Below are positions 61,685 through 64,000 of a stretch of 64,000 nt of DNA, in pieces (within the stretch, counting starts at the first letter, position 1; each line of letters opens with the position of its first letter). The stretch is from Eledone cirrhosa (taxonomy: Eukaryota): the NCBI GenBank assembly GCA_964016885.1, contig OZ024740.1, forward strand, positions 321,904,001-321,968,000, written 5' to 3'. A program made the position numbers and the translations under genes. The notes below the pieces were generated by a model. It was given only the letters and a program-made list of their open reading frames with translations, was not told the origin of the DNA and searched no databases.

Positions 61685-62681
61685 TCTTTACAAGGTCGAT
61701 AAAATAAAGTACCAGTAATGTACTAGGGTCCATTTAATCCACTTTCCCTTTCCCCAAAATTGTTGGCCTTGTGGCTAAATCAGAAACCAATATTGTTTTT
61801 GGTTAATCAATCCAGATATTCACAAAATATATTGAGAATTCTGCCAACCCTAACTGTAGATTTGGGATTCATTAAAAACACATCAATCACCCATTTGTTT
61901 TCATGGATTGGAAGTATCGGTAGAAGGTCGGACATGCTTTCCAGCATAGTTACGTCCCTTTACGATCTGAGTTCAAATCCCGCCGAGGTTAACTTTGCCT
62001 TTCATCCTTACGGAGTCGATAAAATAAAGTACCAGTAATGTACTGGTTAATTGCTGGCCTTGTGCCTAAAATAGAAACAATTATTTTTCATAGTTGTCAA
62101 AATCACCGAGGATATAAAGTTGAGCTCAAGCAGAGTTAAGAGATTGTCATTTTGCCTCTAGCAGTCAACAGAAGGGAGATTTTAGTCTTCAGCTGTCAGT
62201 TTGTCTGCAATAGTCAACCCACCAGTCTCCAAAATATCTTTGATCACATTACTAGTAACTGAATCAGCGCGGCAATAATTTTCTTTGCCTGCTAAATTTT
62301 GCTTGAGCTTCAGTATCAAAAACTTGACTTTTCTCTCAGGCAAAAACAAAGAAAAGCAACACACTGCACACCATTCAGGCACTTTTAGTATCCCACACGA
62401 ATACAAACAGACTGCAACTGTTGAACAGTTAAACACTGACTCCTGTTTTGGATTCCATTGTTTACTTGATCAACTGATGTTGGTTTCTTTAATAATATTG
62501 TAGCTTATGGGGAAGGGGGCAATTGATAGAATATTGGACAAAATGTTTTGCAGTATTTAGTTATGGCCATTTACATTCTGAGTTCAAATCAAGCCGAGGT
62601 CATCTTTGCATTTCATCTTTCTGGTTGAGTAACTGAGTAAACTGGATTATAGCGAATATATTTCCCACAACCTCGCTACTT

Positions 62682-62726
<45 letters not shown>

Positions 62727-62900
62727 CTTCTCTACTCCGTCCACGTATTTCTGTAAGTGTTGCAGGAGTTCAAATTAAGCCGGGGTCATATTTGTGTCAT
62801 CTACCTGGATTTGATCAAATGAAATACCAGTCATGTACTCAGGTTGATGTAATGGACTTTACAAAATTGCTGGCCTTGTGCCAAAATTAGATATAATTAT
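61685..62900 (+). mobile_element. four SINE copies (~61685-61795, 61905-62085, 62510-62620, 62765-62900)
   Basis: same B-box, central domain and tail as the 12.7-14.7 kb cluster. Confidence 0.85.
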
Positions 62901-63086
62901 TGTAACTTATGTAAATATTATTGTACACTTTTTGTTGTGTTTTAATGTATTGTATTAATACCGTTTTTTGTTTGTACTGACCTTCATTTAACATAAACTC
63001 TTGCCCAACTCTCAATGCGGCATTGTTTTATATATATTATTAAGACATATATATCACTAATATATATATATATATATATATATATA

Positions 63087-63800
63087 CAGTGGCGGACTGG
63101 GTCTAAAAGTATTGGTTGCCAGGAGATGAAGGGGGTCCACCTACATATAGAATGGTATCATTTAATTTTTATAATGAATAAATAACATTTTCGAAGAATA
63201 CATAAGTGGAAACAAAACAGTGCAATCAAATGTTTGCGGAGAATATTACGTATTTTGCGAAATCCAGAGACTTTCAATAATGACCAGAAGTTGACCTAAA
63301 TATTACTAATAGCTCTAGGAACGCCATGAACGACACCAAATCTTTTTAACTTTGATTTTGAAAGTAGGTTTATAATTATCAATTTTCATTATACTTTTGT
63401 AGCTGTCTCGGTGGCCTAGTTGGAGGAATCAAAGACGGTGGTGATCCTGGTCTGAAGTTCGATCCTGGTCGGAAGTAGGGTTGCTGGTAAACCTTTTCTA
63501 AAGTTGTTTCTATTGGTTATAAAATAAAAACTGAAAAAGGTAACACGTACCTCTTGGATTGAACCCAAGGCCAGAATCTCCACCGTTTCTAGTACCTACC
63601 GCTAGGCCACAGAGACAACTACGCAAATCTTATAAAAATTCATACTTATAAACCTATTTTCAAAACAAAGTGTTGTGGTTTCGTTCATGTCTTTCTTAAT
63701 GTTATGGCTACTACCTAAGGCCGACTTCTAAATCATTTGGGGGTTCCATAAAATACATCCTTATTTTGTTTCACATCTATCTAGACTATATTTTGACCTG
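63087..63800. mobile_element. fold-back DNA-transposon-like element with tRNA-like segments in both arms
   Basis: starts TA|CAGTGGCGGACTGGG; long imperfect inverted repeat; A/B boxes at 63412-63465 (+) and 63556-63609 (-). Confidence 0.55.
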
Positions 63801-64000
63801 TAATCCATGTTTCATTTCTGTCGCACCTCATTTCTCCCTCTCTCTCTCTGTCTATATATATATATATGTGTTTGCATGCATGAATGAATACACTAAGCTT
63901 TAGATTTAGTAGAACCACAGATTCTATCTATTTGCACTAACGTATATTTGGGTTTCTAGTAATTCCCTGGGGAATTGGTTGACCAAATGCGTTGCTTAAT

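Noticed and set aside
62100-62480. Possible minus-strand coding exon (LPERKVKFL...)
   Set aside because: In-frame stops follow and no recognisable domain or splice sites

Overview
This is repeat-saturated, AT-rich animal genomic DNA. The SINE and microsatellite landscape looks octopod/cephalopod, which is my inference from recalled repeats. I cannot confidently support any intact host protein-coding gene, and nearly all long ORFs in the track are microsatellite read-through. Recognisable mobile DNA: a decayed autonomous Helitron plus non-autonomous relatives, a near full-length Tx1/L1-clade LINE, R4/Dong-like LINEs in (CATA)n, RTE and Ingi-like fragments, two Penelope-like (GIY-YIG) fragments, many tRNA-derived SINEs, MITEs and three large minisatellites. 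The stand-out signal is non-coding. About 20 type I hammerhead ribozyme motifs from at least 7 sequence families sit in short non-coding elements inserted in (TA)n. They occur as tandem arrays (467, 591 and 429 bp monomers) and head-to-head fold-backs in which the ribozyme strand points outward. This looks like a retrozyme-like / non-autonomous Penelope system. It includes a U3-A8 core variant and compensatory stem changes between copies.
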